Shown here: positions 34,007-45,262 of the stretch, piece by piece | How positions within the stretch are numbered: the stretch's first letter is position 1 | Layout: each line of letters starts with the position of its first letter | Source of the DNA: Gammaproteobacteria bacterium UBA6940 | Lineage (GTDB): Bacteria > Pseudomonadota > Gammaproteobacteria > Pseudomonadales > UBA6940 | DNA length: 64,000 bases | Direction of reading: 5' to 3' | NCBI GenBank assembly: GCA_002450655.1 | Contig: DJZY01000058.1 | Location: 23,613 to 87,612, forward strand | The notes under the pieces: generated by a model | What the model was told of the DNA's origin: nothing | The model's input: only the letters and a program-made list of their open reading frames with translations | Database searches by the model: none | Translations under genes and position numbers: made by a program

Positions 34007-34035
34007 TAATGAGCTTACTTACCAGAAAAAGTAAA

Positions 34036-34794
34036 TTAGCCCCTTGGCGCATACTCAAACACATCTGAAGCCATTGCATCAATTGAAAGGCCTTTGGCTT
34101 CTAAGCAATCAACCCAGTGATACACACGTTGTGGCGAGCCGCAGAGGTAATACCACGACTCTTTTGAGCTTAAGTCCATGGTGCCCTGCTCTATCACTTG
34201 GTGAAGCGAGCCGGTTTTTATGTGGCACTGTGAGCTTTGAATTGCAAAACTGGAAGCATCAATAGCATCTTCTAAAGCAAAGAATAAATGCGCTTGGAAA
34301 TGTGCATGATCTTTAAGTGCTGTGGATAACCACTTCTCAAAGTACAAGTCTTTAATGAAATCACCTTCCCAATACAAATGCACAGGGCGGTCGGTGTTGC
34401 GACTTAAAGCAGTCTCAATCAGTGCTTTGATAGGTGCAAACCCTGTATTTCGGCAAATAAAGATGCCTTCTGGCTTATCTGCAGGCCAATCAACAATACC
34501 GTATGGATAACCGATTGTGACTTGAGTTTTATTGGTAAAAGCATTTAAAAGAAATTCGGTTTTAGCTTCATCTAAAGCTTGAATATGCAGCTCAATAAGG
34601 CTGTTAGCAACAGGCATTGAGGCAATAGAAAAGAAACTTGGTTCACCATTCATGGTCAGGCTTAAATATTGGCCTGCTCGGTGGATATGATCAAAACCAT
34701 CATCTGGCTTCAACCAAACGAACAGAACGCCAGAAGGCGTCTGCTCTATTTGATGTACGTGCGCTTGAAAGGAGCGACCTACTGTTGAAGACAT
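34036..34794 (-). CDS. NAD(P)H-flavin reductase / ferredoxin-reductase-like (Fre family)
   Basis: AGQYL, FSIAS.P, IELHI, TGFAPIK, YLCGSP, SDVFEY; downstream of rho. Confidence 0.85.
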   Translation of the reverse strand: MSSTVGRSFQAHVHQIEQTPSGVLFVWLKPDDGFDHIHRAGQYLSLTMNGEPSFFSIASMPVANSLIELHIQALDEAKTEFLLNAFTNKTQVTIGYPYGIVDWPADKPEGIFICRNTGFAPIKALIETALSRNTDRPVHLYWEGDFIKDLYFEKWLSTALKDHAHFQAHLFFALEDAIDASSFAIQSSQCHIKTGSLHQVIEQGTMDLSSKESWYYLCGSPQRVYHWVDCLEAKGLSIDAMASDVFEYAPRG

Positions 34795-36053
34795 TACTTT
34801 CGCTTCATGCTCTCGAAGAATTCTTCGTTAGTTTTAGAATCCTTCATCTTGTCGATAAGGAATTCTGCAGCTGCAACATCATCCATTGGGTTAAGAATAC
34901 GACGAAGAATCCAAAGTTTCTTCAGCTCTTCTTCTGTCGTTAGAAGTTCTTCACGACGAGTACTGGACTTGTTGATGTTAATTGCTGGGTAAATACGTTT
35001 TTCAGCAACACGACGATCAAGGTGAAGTTCTTGGTTACCTGTACCTTTGAATTCTTCAAAGATAACTTCGTCCATCTTAGAACCTGTATCAACAAGAGCA
35101 GTTGCAAGAATTGTTAAGCTGCCACCTTCTTCAATGTTACGCGCAGCACCGAAGAAACGCTTTGGTCTTTCAAGCGCATGAGCATCAACACCACCTGTTA
35201 GAACCTTACCAGAGGAAGGTACTACCGTGTTATATGCACGAGCAAGACGTGTAATACCGTCAAGAAGGATAACAACATCTTTCTTATGCTCTACAAGACG
35301 TTTTGCTTTTTCGATAACCATTTCAGCAACTTGTACGTGACGTGCTGGTGGCTCATCGAATGTAGAAGCAACAACTTCACCACGCACAGAGCGGCGCATT
35401 TCTGTTACTTCTTCAGGACGTTCGTCGATAAGAAGAACGATAAGATGACATTCTGGATTGTTGCGAGTAATTGAAGATGCAATGTTTTGAAGCATCAATG
35501 TCTTACCAGCTTTAGGTGGCGCAACGATAAGACCACGCTGGCCCTTACCGATTGGCGCAACCATATCAATAATACGGCCAGTGATGTCTTCTGTAGAACC
35601 GTTACCACGCTCCATTACAAGACGATCTGCAGGGAATAAAGGTGTTAAGTTTTCGAAAAGAACTTTGTTTTTAGCATTTTCTGGACGATCGTGGTTGATT
35701 TCGTTCACTTTAAGAAGTGCGAAATAACGCTCACCATCTTTAGGTGGGCGAATTTTACCAGCGATTGTGTCACCAGTTCTTAAGTTAAAACGACGAATCT
35801 GACTTGGCGAAACGTAGATATCATCTGGACCAGCAAGGTATGAACCTTCTGCAGAGCGTAGGAAACCGAAACCATCTTGAAGGATTTCAAGAACGCCGTC
35901 ACCGTAGATGTCTTCGCCGCTTTTAGCGTGACGCTTAAGAATCGTGAAGATCATGTCTTGCTTACGTGTGCGAGCAATATTCTCTAGACCCATTTCGCTT
36001 GCAATAGAGATGAGTTCAGCTATTGGTTTGGTTTTAAGTTCTGATAAGTTCAT
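34794..36053 (-). CDS. rho: Transcription termination factor Rho
   Basis: [25 protein letters not shown]. Confidence 0.99.
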   Translation of the reverse strand: MNLSELKTKPIAELISIASEMGLENIARTRKQDMIFTILKRHAKSGEDIYGDGVLEILQDGFGFLRSAEGSYLAGPDDIYVSPSQIRRFNLRTGDTIAGKIRPPKDGERYFALLKVNEINHDRPENAKNKVLFENLTPLFPADRLVMERGNGSTEDITGRIIDMVAPIGKGQRGLIVAPPKAGKTLMLQNIASSITRNNPECHLIVLLIDERPEEVTEMRRSVRGEVVASTFDEPPARHVQVAEMVIEKAKRLVEHKKDVVILLDGITRLARAYNTVVPSSGKVLTGGVDAHALERPKRFFGAARNIEEGGSLTILATALVDTGSKMDEVIFEEFKGTGNQELHLDRRVAEKRIYPAININKSSTRREELLTTEEELKKLWILRRILNPMDDVAAAEFLIDKMKDSKTNEEFFESMKRK

Positions 36054-36379
36054 AAATATCCGGAGCTTCTAACTAGTGGAAGATTAAGATTTCGAAACCG
36101 CAATAATTCAAGGCGTAATATAGCTTGATAGCATTGAGACAACCTAATAAATCATTCGATATGCCAACAAATTACAGAAAGAACATAGATATAGACATGG
36201 CATTCAAATAGAGCGGGTTCAAGAAAAAAGTTTTACGATGAGTGTAAAAAGGGTTTTTAACCTCCCCAAAGTCCAGCTGATTACTGATTGATTTAGCTGG
36301 CAAAGTCATTTGATGACGGAGGAGGTTAAAAGAATTATAGCGAAGTCGATTCAAATTACAAGAAGTAATTAGACACTCA

Positions 36380-36706
36380 CTAAATATTTTGATCTAAAAA
36401 TGCAATCAGTTGCGCTTTATCTAGAGCTCCAACTTTAGTTGCTACAGCTTCGCCGCCCTTGAAAAGAACAAGAGTTGGGATGCCGCGAACGTTGAATTTA
36501 CGAGGCACTTCAGCACTCTCTTCAACATTTACTTTAGCGATCTGGATTTTGCTGTCGTATTCTTCAGCAATTTGATCAAGGATTGGTGCAAGCATTTTAC
36601 ATGGACCACACCACTCTGCCCAGAAATCTACAAGAACTGGTACTTTAGCTTCAGCAATAGTGGAATCAAAATTGCCGTCGTTAAGATGTAAAATCTTATC
36701 ACTCAT
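36380..36706 (-). CDS. trxA: Thioredoxin
   Basis: WAEWCGPCK; upstream of rho. Confidence 0.98.
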   Translation of the reverse strand: MSDKILHLNDGNFDSTIAEAKVPVLVDFWAEWCGPCKMLAPILDQIAEEYDSKIQIAKVNVEESAEVPRKFNVRGIPTLVLFKGGEAVATKVGALDKAQLIAFLDQNI

Positions 36707-37261
36707 AACATCACCTTAATGTGCTTGGCCAGATTAGCCTCGTCCTCAAGAGTTGTGCAATTATGGTATCGCACGCTCTTTTGGTTAAGAGCTCTTCTGA
36801 GCATCTATAATTATTTAAAAGAAACCTTTCGAGATGTTATACATCTCTTTAGAGAGTTTGCCAAGTTTTGGGACCTTCGCCCCTCGCCAGTGGACAGCTC
36901 TGAAAAGGTGGAATACATTTGAAGAATAACAGCTGATTTGACATTCATCATTCTTAATCAATGTTTTACTTACATGTCTTTATTATATGTTTTTTAACAG
37001 CAATGTGCTCACAAAAACGTGAAACATGCAGTAATAGATCTAATATGATGTCAAAAGTGAGAAAATCAATAGGGAGCATGTGTTCATAAGCTAAATTGAA
37101 CACTTCACAGGTTGCAGCTGGCTAAATCAGGCATTATTGCGCAACTATTCACAATATTAGTACGCTCAACGATCAAAACAATAACCAATAGGGCAATATA
37201 ACTGAGTAAAATCGAGCCTGATCTACCCCCTATTGAGAAGTATATTAGTTGGAAAATCTAA

Positions 37262-38794
37262 ATGCCTTTAGAACAAAAGATCATATCTAATACCTACGCA
37301 GCAATTGACCTTGGTAGCAACAGCTTCCACTTGGCTATCGGCCAAGTTCATCAAGGCGAGCTCCGTTGGCAATCTAAAATGTCAGAGAAAGTGCAGCTTG
37401 CATCTGGCATGGATGAATTTAATTGCCTCAATACTGAAACCGAAGATCGAGCACTGAAGTGTTTAAAACGTTTCCACAAGAGAATTGCTTATATAAAGCC
37501 TGAAAATATCCGTATTGTTGGTACCAATGCGCTTCGAGTTATTCGTAATAGCACCAGCTTGCTCAAAACAATTGAAGGTATTTTCAAGCAGCGTGTTGAC
37601 GTTATTTCTGGCCGAGAAGAAGCACGTCTTATTTACTTGGGCGTATCCCAGACAAGCCCTGAAAACAAAGAATCGAAGCTCGTTATCGATATTGGTGGTG
37701 GTAGTACCGAGTTTATTATTGGTCAGCACTTCCAGCCTCTTCTGACCGAAAGCCTTCATATGGGGTGTGTCTCTTACAAAAAACGCTTTTTTAGTGATGA
37801 GAAGCTCTCAAAAAGTAACTTCAAACATGCTATCTCAGCATCTCAGCAAGAAGTACAACATATTACTCAGCAATATCAAAGCGAAGGCTGGACTCATGCC
37901 ATGGGTGCGTCAGGTTCCGTCAAAAGTATATTTAACGCACTAAAGGGCCTTGATAAAGCTCGAGAGTATATCACCCAAGATGACCTTCAATGGCTTGTAG
38001 AATACCTATTAAAATTTGATACGATTTCTGAAATTAATATTCCTAATCTAAAACCAGAAAGAAATCCTATATTCCCATCAGGGCTGTGCATTTTATACGG
38101 TGCCATGAAACAGCTTAATATTGATAAGCTCTATTATTCTGAAGGCGCTCTGCGTGAAGGCTTAATTTACGACTTACTTGGCCGCCATGAGCCAGAAAAT
38201 GTAAGACAGCGTACAGTAACAGCGCTTCAACAACGTTTTTCAATCGATATTCCACAAGCGCAACGTGTACTAAAGACCTCGCAGCACTTACACGAAAGCT
38301 TGTGCAGCACATGGCCTGATATTCACTCAGAACACTACAAAGATATACTAAGTGTTGCCGCAGAGTTGCACGAAATTGGCCTTTGTGTCTCTCACTCGCA
38401 GTTCCACAAACACGGTGCCTATATTCTGACCTATGCGGACTTGGCTGGCTTCTCAAGGCAAGAACAATCCATCCTTGGTAGCCTTGTAAGACTCCATCGT
38501 CGCAAGTTTGCATTAGAAGCCTGTGAAGAACTGACAGATGATATCAAGCCTATAGTTCGAAGTCTTGCTATTATTCTTCGTCTTTCAGTGTTGCTACACC
38601 ATGCCAGAAGCCAAACGCCTGGCTCTTTAGCCAAGCATATTGAAGTTATTCAAGATAAAAGTGATGCTACTAGCTTAACGCTGAAGATTGATGAAAAGTG
38701 GCTTATGAGCAACCCACTTATTTTGGAAGATTTAAAAGCTGAGACAAAACTTCTGAAAAAATCGAACTTTAGTCTCAGTATAGTAATACGTTAA
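37262..38794 (+). CDS. ppx: Exopolyphosphatase Ppx/GppA
   Basis: AAIDLGSNSFHL, ISGREEARL, DIGGGSTE, ALREG, LHEIG. Confidence 0.95.
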   Translation: MPLEQKIISNTYAAIDLGSNSFHLAIGQVHQGELRWQSKMSEKVQLASGMDEFNCLNTETEDRALKCLKRFHKRIAYIKPENIRIVGTNALRVIRNSTSLLKTIEGIFKQRVDVISGREEARLIYLGVSQTSPENKESKLVIDIGGGSTEFIIGQHFQPLLTESLHMGCVSYKKRFFSDEKLSKSNFKHAISASQQEVQHITQQYQSEGWTHAMGASGSVKSIFNALKGLDKAREYITQDDLQWLVEYLLKFDTISEINIPNLKPERNPIFPSGLCILYGAMKQLNIDKLYYSEGALREGLIYDLLGRHEPENVRQRTVTALQQRFSIDIPQAQRVLKTSQHLHESLCSTWPDIHSEHYKDILSVAAELHEIGLCVSHSQFHKHGAYILTYADLAGFSRQEQSILGSLVRLHRRKFALEACEELTDDIKPIVRSLAIILRLSVLLHHARSQTPGSLAKHIEVIQDKSDATSLTLKIDEKWLMSNPLILEDLKAETKLLKKSNFSLSIVIR

Positions 38795-38817
38795 TCACCC
38801 TTTAAAAGGTCGAGCCT

Positions 38818-39147
38818 TTAACGGGCTGAAGCAAGATACGTAATCTCGTCCAGCACCTGTGTTCGCATAGCTCTTTGAGTTTTACTTGGAAGACTTGAAA
38901 AGCGTGCGCTAATACCATCTTTAATTGCCATTTGAGTATCTAAAGCGGTATAAGGCTGTCCATTACTTTCTGCCGCCCTCATATCATCAAATATTGAACG
39001 GGCTAATGATTGAACTCTCGACACGTTTCCAGCGGCTCTATTGTGCTGACTGCTTAACTGCCGAGCGCCTCTACCTCCATTTTGGATAGGTTGAAGCGCA
39101 TAATAATCTTGATAGGAGCTGGAGCTCGTTGTTGAAGAAGATCCCAT
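38818..39147 (-). CDS. Orphan 109-aa protein with a Ser-rich N-terminus
   Basis: Fills the ppx-fimX gap; TAAGG upstream of ATG 39147; no family recognised. Confidence 0.6.
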   Translation of the reverse strand: MGSSSTTSSSSYQDYYALQPIQNGGRGARQLSSQHNRAAGNVSRVQSLARSIFDDMRAAESNGQPYTALDTQMAIKDGISARFSSLPSKTQRAMRTQVLDEITYLASAR

Positions 39148-39240
39148 AGTATTAACCTTATACATTAAGTAATAAAAACTTAAAATAAGTTAATACAATC
39201 AAATACTTAACTTTAAAAAAGTTACATTATTGTACAAATT

Positions 39241-41349
39241 TTAGTACATAATCTCTTCTTCTTCGTCATCATCACCACTAAAGTCATAATCCATCGTTGG
39301 TGCTGGAGGCTGTAGATAATAACCCTGGATGTAATGCACACCAATGCCATAGAGAGAAGAAAGCACTTTTACTTCTTCAACAAAGGTAGCGATAGTCATT
39401 TTGCCAACAGCATGGACTTGCTCGATAAGCTCAACAAGCGCTTTTTCACCATCATTTGCCAAATCTTTCGTATAACTACCATCAATTTTGACATAATCAA
39501 CATGTACATGCCTGAAAAGATTAAAAGAGTTAGCCATAGCGCCAAATCGAGAAATCGAAACCTTACAGTGCAATGCAGCCAATGCATTACATGTGCTCTT
39601 CGCTTCTTTCAAATAACGATAAGCTTCGTTTTCAGCCAGCTGGAATACAAGCGCATCATGAGGTAAGCGAGATGCTTTTAATGCCATTCCTAACCAAGGC
39701 ACAAAAGATTCATCCATCAGCGTCTGTGATGTTAAGTTAATAATTAAGCGTGTTGGTCTGCCTTCCTGGTATTCTCGGGCAAGGGCTTTAATCGACTGTA
39801 CGACAACCCATCTATCAATTTTTTCTGCCACTTTTTGTGATGCGGCCTCTTCGATAAATTGGTTCGGCGATACTTCTTCACCTTCAGGAGAAAGCATTCG
39901 AAGCAAAACCTCGTAGAATGGCTGATTCTGAGCTCTCAAGCTGATAATTGGTTGGAATAATACTCTGAACATGCCGCTTTCAATCGCTTGCTGCAACTGA
40001 ACAGAAATACCTGTATCAACAGTTTCAATGCTGACAGGCTTCTCGCTCGGCACAAAGAAGGCATAATTATCTTCAGTATTATCTAAAGCATTTTCTAATG
40101 CCGTGTAGGTTTGCATAATGACACTCTGAGGATTTTCAGAAGAATCATTTAATACAGCCGCACCAATTGAAAACTCAACCGGCACAGTTCTGCCCTGCAC
40201 TTCTGCAAGATAAGAATGGAAGAAATCATTCACTTGCTTAATAAAGGCTTCCGAATGAGCCAAGTCGCTCTTCGTTAAAATAATGGCAAAAGAATCATCA
40301 CTAAAATGACCTAGAGTACCACCTTGTGGTAATAGTTTTTGAAGATTACTAGCAGCATCATTAATCACCAGATCACAGTTAGAGATACCAAGCTCAGCTT
40401 GCATAGCTGTATAACCTTTAATTTTGAGAAACATAAAGGCTGCATTGTTATCTTCTTCTTGCGAACTTGTAATCACTTCCCGAAGGGTTTCCATAATAAA
40501 TGAACGGTTATAGAGCCCCGTTAAGATATCTTGGTTACTGACTTTCTTCAGCTGATCTTGTAAATCAGCATCTTCTTCATCAAGACGAATTAAAAGCTGT
40601 GTGCAGAGCTCTCCATCATATGTCGCTTGCGAAAAGTTCATGGTCACACGGGAGTGAGTTTCATCGGGCATGTTTGCAAGCACTGAAATACTGCTTTCTT
40701 GGCCTAATCCAACATTATATTGCTTGAGGAAAGCCTTCATATCTGACTGATCTTTAGATGCAACCAAATCAAGAATCGGAATACCTTCTAACTCATCAAA
40801 CTCATCATATCCGAATAGTGCTAAATAGCGGCTGTTCGCATAAACATGCATACCAGCAGCAACATAAGCAACAGCATCGCGAGAGGATTCAATAAGCTGA
40901 TTACAACGCTTTTCTGCTTCAAGTAGTGACATACTTAAAGAGCGCTTATCTCGACGAGTGAATAAGTTATCAAGTTCGCGACGCACAACCAGCACATAGT
41001 GATCCATTTCAGACTCATGAACCACTTCTTTTACGCCCACACTCATGTAGCTCACAGTTTTTTCAAAGGCATAGTTTTCCGTGATCACAATAAGTGGCAC
41101 ATCTTTTACAAATCGGTTGATCGATTCCATCATGCGTGGCACAGGATACTCTTCCAGCCCATCCTTCAACAGAATTAAATCCCAGGTTTTCTTCTCTAAA
41201 TTAGATTCGAAATCCTCAAAAGACTCAACAAGCTGACCTCGAGTTGCCATTCCTTTGTTACGCAATACATTGACGTACTGCTCTGCGACATCTGCATGAT
41301 TATCAACCAGCAAGACTCGAATGGTCTTTAGTTCTCCATCCATATTCAC
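39241..41349 (-). CDS. fimX: FimX-like REC-PAS-GGDEF-EAL c-di-GMP receptor
   Basis: REC-like N-terminus, PAS, DILTGLYNR with degenerate SDDSF, EVLLR, ISRFG; adjacent to a fimW-like gene. Confidence 0.85.
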   Translation of the reverse strand: MNMDGELKTIRVLLVDNHADVAEQYVNVLRNKGMATRGQLVESFEDFESNLEKKTWDLILLKDGLEEYPVPRMMESINRFVKDVPLIVITENYAFEKTVSYMSVGVKEVVHESEMDHYVLVVRRELDNLFTRRDKRSLSMSLLEAEKRCNQLIESSRDAVAYVAAGMHVYANSRYLALFGYDEFDELEGIPILDLVASKDQSDMKAFLKQYNVGLGQESSISVLANMPDETHSRVTMNFSQATYDGELCTQLLIRLDEEDADLQDQLKKVSNQDILTGLYNRSFIMETLREVITSSQEEDNNAAFMFLKIKGYTAMQAELGISNCDLVINDAASNLQKLLPQGGTLGHFSDDSFAIILTKSDLAHSEAFIKQVNDFFHSYLAEVQGRTVPVEFSIGAAVLNDSSENPQSVIMQTYTALENALDNTEDNYAFFVPSEKPVSIETVDTGISVQLQQAIESGMFRVLFQPIISLRAQNQPFYEVLLRMLSPEGEEVSPNQFIEEAASQKVAEKIDRWVVVQSIKALAREYQEGRPTRLIINLTSQTLMDESFVPWLGMALKASRLPHDALVFQLAENEAYRYLKEAKSTCNALAALHCKVSISRFGAMANSFNLFRHVHVDYVKIDGSYTKDLANDGEKALVELIEQVHAVGKMTIATFVEEVKVLSSLYGIGVHYIQGYYLQPPAPTMDYDFSGDDDEEEEIMY

Positions 41350-42914
41350 CTCAATGGCTCCAATATTTTTTGTACATATCCCGATACGAGCCAGTGCACT
41401 TCCTCAACAGTGTAAGACACTTGCTTGTCACCTAATTGAACATTGAGCTCTTGCCCTTGTGTCGCCATTACACGAGAAAGAAGGACAGTTCGCCCTTGTT
41501 GTTCAAACAATAATGCTTTTTCAATATCTCCAGTTTGCTGATCATCAATAACTGTAAATTCAACAGCCTGGACTTGATTTGTTAATTTCTCTAATCCTAT
41601 CAGATAATGTCCAGATACCAGCATTTTTGTCCAACGAATAATACACAAATACTCAAGCTGTACACTGGAGAGCCAAACTAAATCGCCAGAATCATAGGCT
41701 AATCTATTTTTTTCTGTTGTCTCTAAACAAAAGCCACCATCGCTTTCATCACGCATATGTAGAGATTCACTGCGTATACTGGCCTGCACTGGTGCGTCAT
41801 AATGTATTTCTTCATCAGAGTCCAAATCTGCACTAGCTTCTTGCACAAGCTGATTAAACACATGCAACAAACCAAAGTAGCCCTTCACTTGAATATCCAG
41901 CTCTCGACGAGCTTGCTTACGATAACGTTCTACTGTAAATAATGAGTAGAATTCATCAAAACATCGCTCCACCCTCTCACTTTTAGTGACAGCTGCAGGG
42001 TCTGATAATGGATTCTGCAAAAAGCTGACGACTGGCGCTAAATTCAAATGTAAAACTTGGTCTGGTAATTCAACAAGTGTCAATGCCCTCGTTGGTACAT
42101 GGCTAATGTCATCATTTAAAACAATAGAAAACAAAGTGTTCGGTGCTGGGCTCTCTTTCAAATCTGCCATGCTTCCAAACACTTGCATTGCCTTCATTAA
42201 ATCTTTTTGCAGCGCCCTATCATATCTACACGGCTCAATAATCGAGTAAAGCACTAACCCTAAATACAAACGTTTCGGTGAAACTTTATCTGGGAAATCA
42301 GGGTAATTCACTTGATCCATTAAAATCGAGTTACACCCACGCTTCTTTAAATACCAGTAAACGCCATGACACTCTCGCCAAAAACCTGTAGGTATATCTA
42401 AACAAAATTCGTTTAAGCGTAAAAAAATATTTGCCATATACACATAAAACGAGCTGCCAAGAAGCGCTGTGAAATGCTTTTGTCGCTCATCGTTTGTATA
42501 GGTATTCATTTCTGCTAAGAGTGATCGAAACATTAAAATAATCGCTCGATCCAAACTATGGGCATACTCCATCGCACGCTTCGATTGCGTGGTCATTTGC
42601 AGTTTTTTTTGCTGGTACACAGCTTTAACGCCATCAAATATGCGATCTGTTGCTGGCTTTGCAATTAAATACAGTTGAAATACATCTTCAGCGTTTAAAT
42701 CAACTTCAGCTAACTCTCGATAGAGGTTAACCATTTGTGGAATAGCAACATCTATATTCAATACATTAAGTTGTTCACACCAATCTCTTAGCTTCTTTGA
42801 ATGCAAGGAGTGAATACAACTTAAATGTGTTCTCTCACGCGCAGGTAGCCCAGCTAAAATAATATCTGCATTTTCAGCCTGTCTCGAATCGGACTGACTC
42901 AGAGCCATAAGCAC
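41346..42914 (-). CDS. FimW-like protein with a C-terminal PilZ-type c-di-GMP motif
   Basis: RKQAR (RxxxR) and DESDGG (DxSxxG); upstream of fimX as in Pseudomonas. Confidence 0.65.
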   Translation of the reverse strand: MLMALSQSDSRQAENADIILAGLPARERTHLSCIHSLHSKKLRDWCEQLNVLNIDVAIPQMVNLYRELAEVDLNAEDVFQLYLIAKPATDRIFDGVKAVYQQKKLQMTTQSKRAMEYAHSLDRAIILMFRSLLAEMNTYTNDERQKHFTALLGSSFYVYMANIFLRLNEFCLDIPTGFWRECHGVYWYLKKRGCNSILMDQVNYPDFPDKVSPKRLYLGLVLYSIIEPCRYDRALQKDLMKAMQVFGSMADLKESPAPNTLFSIVLNDDISHVPTRALTLVELPDQVLHLNLAPVVSFLQNPLSDPAAVTKSERVERCFDEFYSLFTVERYRKQARRELDIQVKGYFGLLHVFNQLVQEASADLDSDEEIHYDAPVQASIRSESLHMRDESDGGFCLETTEKNRLAYDSGDLVWLSSVQLEYLCIIRWTKMLVSGHYLIGLEKLTNQVQAVEFTVIDDQQTGDIEKALLFEQQGRTVLLSRVMATQGQELNVQLGDKQVSYTVEEVHWLVSGYVQKILEPLR

Positions 42915-43098
42915 CCTATTCCTTTAATGTGTTTTGGAGCATCAAATTAGACAACATTCCTAATATCAATATTAAAAGTCTAGCAGTAATTTAGGAAACA
43001 CCTAAGTGTTGATGACAGATGAAAAGATACACTGTATTGAAGTGATTAAAGAGAACGAACAAATTAGGCTTATTCGCTAAAAATACTTATTTAAAAGT

Positions 43099-44136
43099 CT
43101 ATTTTTGCGTATAAAGCCCTAAATCCACTGGTAATTTATTTTTAAAACCAGCAACTTCTCTGACTAATTTAGGCACTAAATAACCAGGAAGCTGTTCAAG
43201 TAACTCGCGCACAAATTGAATTGCTTGAGCATCGGAAATATTGAAATGACTTGCCCCCTCAACGGGGTCAAGTAAATGCAAATAATAAGGAAGAACACCT
43301 GCATCCATTAAGCGATGGCTTAACTGATTTAATGTCTGCACATTATCATTGATACCAGCAAGTAATACAGTTTGGTTCAGCAGATGCACTCCTGCTTGTC
43401 TTAATAGCCCAGCCGCTTGAATAAACTCATCATCAATTTCATTTGGATGATTGATATGTACAACAATGACAAGGTGCTTTTGTAGTGCTTTAAGCCCTGT
43501 TAGAAACGCGTCAGTCGCACGATTCGGCATAATTGCTAAAAGGCGTGTATGAATACGAATACGCTTTAAATGCTGAATCGAATTTAAACCTTCGAGCACC
43601 TGAAATAACTTTGGATCACTTAAAGATAAAGGGTCGCCCCCACTGAGAATAACTTCATCTAGCTCCTGCCTTGATGCAATATAATCCAAAGCTGCTTTCA
43701 GCTTATCTGCTGTCATTGCGTTATCGGAATAAGGGAAGTGACGTCGAAAGCAATATCGACAGTGAATTGCGCAAGCTTGAGTTGCCACGAATAAAGCTCG
43801 GTTCTGGTATTTATGAATTACACCAGGCGCTGTGTTGTACTCTTCTTCGTGCAAAGGGTCTTTCACATAGCCAGGCTGGGACTGAAACTCTTGCTTTAAC
43901 GGTAAGACTTGTAAGAGCAAAGGATCACGAGGGTTGCCCTTCTCAATCTTAGCAACATAACTTTGAGGCACTCTTAGAGGAAACGCACCTAAATCGGCAC
44001 CCTCCACTAAATCAACATCCTCAGGGGCTAAATTGACATGCTTGAGCAAATCTTCAGCCGAACGAATCCCTTGGGCAAAATCAGTACGCCAATCAGACTC
44101 GTTGGATATATCAAGGCCAGGAAGTTTCATATTCAT
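43099..44136 (-). CDS. epmB: EF-P beta-lysylation radical SAM aminomutase (KamA family)
   Basis: CAIHCRYCFRRHFPY, ILSGGDPL, PYYLH; near efp. Confidence 0.95.
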   Translation of the reverse strand: MNMKLPGLDISNESDWRTDFAQGIRSAEDLLKHVNLAPEDVDLVEGADLGAFPLRVPQSYVAKIEKGNPRDPLLLQVLPLKQEFQSQPGYVKDPLHEEEYNTAPGVIHKYQNRALFVATQACAIHCRYCFRRHFPYSDNAMTADKLKAALDYIASRQELDEVILSGGDPLSLSDPKLFQVLEGLNSIQHLKRIRIHTRLLAIMPNRATDAFLTGLKALQKHLVIVVHINHPNEIDDEFIQAAGLLRQAGVHLLNQTVLLAGINDNVQTLNQLSHRLMDAGVLPYYLHLLDPVEGASHFNISDAQAIQFVRELLEQLPGYLVPKLVREVAGFKNKLPVDLGLYTQK

Positions 44137-44145
44137 GGCCGGATG

Positions 44146-45069
44146 TTAGCACTCTACTCCTAAAAGAGACAAGTGGGCACCAATTTCAGCATTGATAGCT
44201 GCAGGTACCTCTTCTGTTGGGAAGTGACCCACTCCAGGTAAACACCTAAAAGCACCATGGGGCATTGACTCTGCTAATCGTCGAGCCTCTTGAGGCTTAA
44301 CCAAAATATCGTCTTCGCCAAACACAAACATACTCGGGCAAGTAAGATTCTTGAGGTCGCGCCTTATGGTCCACATTAACTGAGAAACGCTGGGTAAGTA
44401 ATGCATAAACCCAGCCAAGACTGTGCGTGCAGCAGGATCACGATACATATTCATATAAGCATCAATTACGCTTTTTTCAGGCAGCGTCTTAAAGACTTTC
44501 TTAAAAATCATTGAGATCACTGGCTCACGAGCCATTACTCTCCCAATTGATCGCCCTAAAACTGGCGCTAAAGAGAGACCTGTATAAGGGGTTGGGCTGA
44601 TATTTTCAAAATGCACGCAGGTATTCATGCAAAATAAAGATGCAACTTCGTGAGGATGCTCCACTGCCCACGCCATCGCAAGCAAAGCTCCAAAGTCATG
44701 TCCAATAAAATGCGCTTTCACTGGCTGACTTGAATAAGGCAACACACTGCGAATAAAACCTTCAAGCCACTCAAGATAATGCTTATATTTCGCCCCCCAA
44801 GGTAATTGCTTACTTGATCGGCCAAAACCTGGCAAATCAGGTACAACCAGTCTGACAGAGCTATCAAATTCAGCAATGAGATTACGAAATAAGTAGCTTG
44901 AAGTTGCAACACCATGCAGCGCTACAACAATGGGCTTCGAGGAAGGATTTGGGTTATATCGACCTGGTGTTGAGTCTAAATCTGAGTCGTAATAACGAGT
45001 TAATACACCGCCTACCATGACCTCTTGATGATATCGATAAAAGTCATTCAATTCCTGCTGCATGCGCAC
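44146..45069 (-). CDS. Alpha/beta hydrolase, haloalkane dehalogenase / epoxide hydrolase-like
   Basis: [24 protein letters not shown] (Asp nucleophile), GHFPTEE. Confidence 0.88.
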   Translation of the reverse strand: MRMQQELNDFYRYHQEVMVGGVLTRYYDSDLDSTPGRYNPNPSSKPIVVALHGVATSSYLFRNLIAEFDSSVRLVVPDLPGFGRSSKQLPWGAKYKHYLEWLEGFIRSVLPYSSQPVKAHFIGHDFGALLAMAWAVEHPHEVASLFCMNTCVHFENISPTPYTGLSLAPVLGRSIGRVMAREPVISMIFKKVFKTLPEKSVIDAYMNMYRDPAARTVLAGFMHYLPSVSQLMWTIRRDLKNLTCPSMFVFGEDDILVKPQEARRLAESMPHGAFRCLPGVGHFPTEEVPAAINAEIGAHLSLLGVEC

Positions 45070-45262
45070 TCCTTGCGGTCATTCACTTCATCGGTATATT
45101 ATACAGGACAAACGGTCGTCACGACTAAGGCTTATTCTCCTTTCAGATATCCAAGCCTCTGTTCTCACGGCTATTCTTAATCAACATAGCATACTCATCA
45201 CCAACCTATTTTATTTTAATAGAGTTGTGAGTGTGATTATCCGACTACATAAGGAATCCACA

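Noticed and set aside
36719-36922. 67-aa ORF divergent from trxA
   Set aside because: Starts 13 bp from the trxA start inside its promoter region, with no RBS and no recognisable motif
37013-37026. Additional parS-like half sites (ACGTGAAACA here; TGTTTCACGT near 3646)
   Set aside because: Only one arm matches the 16-bp palindrome
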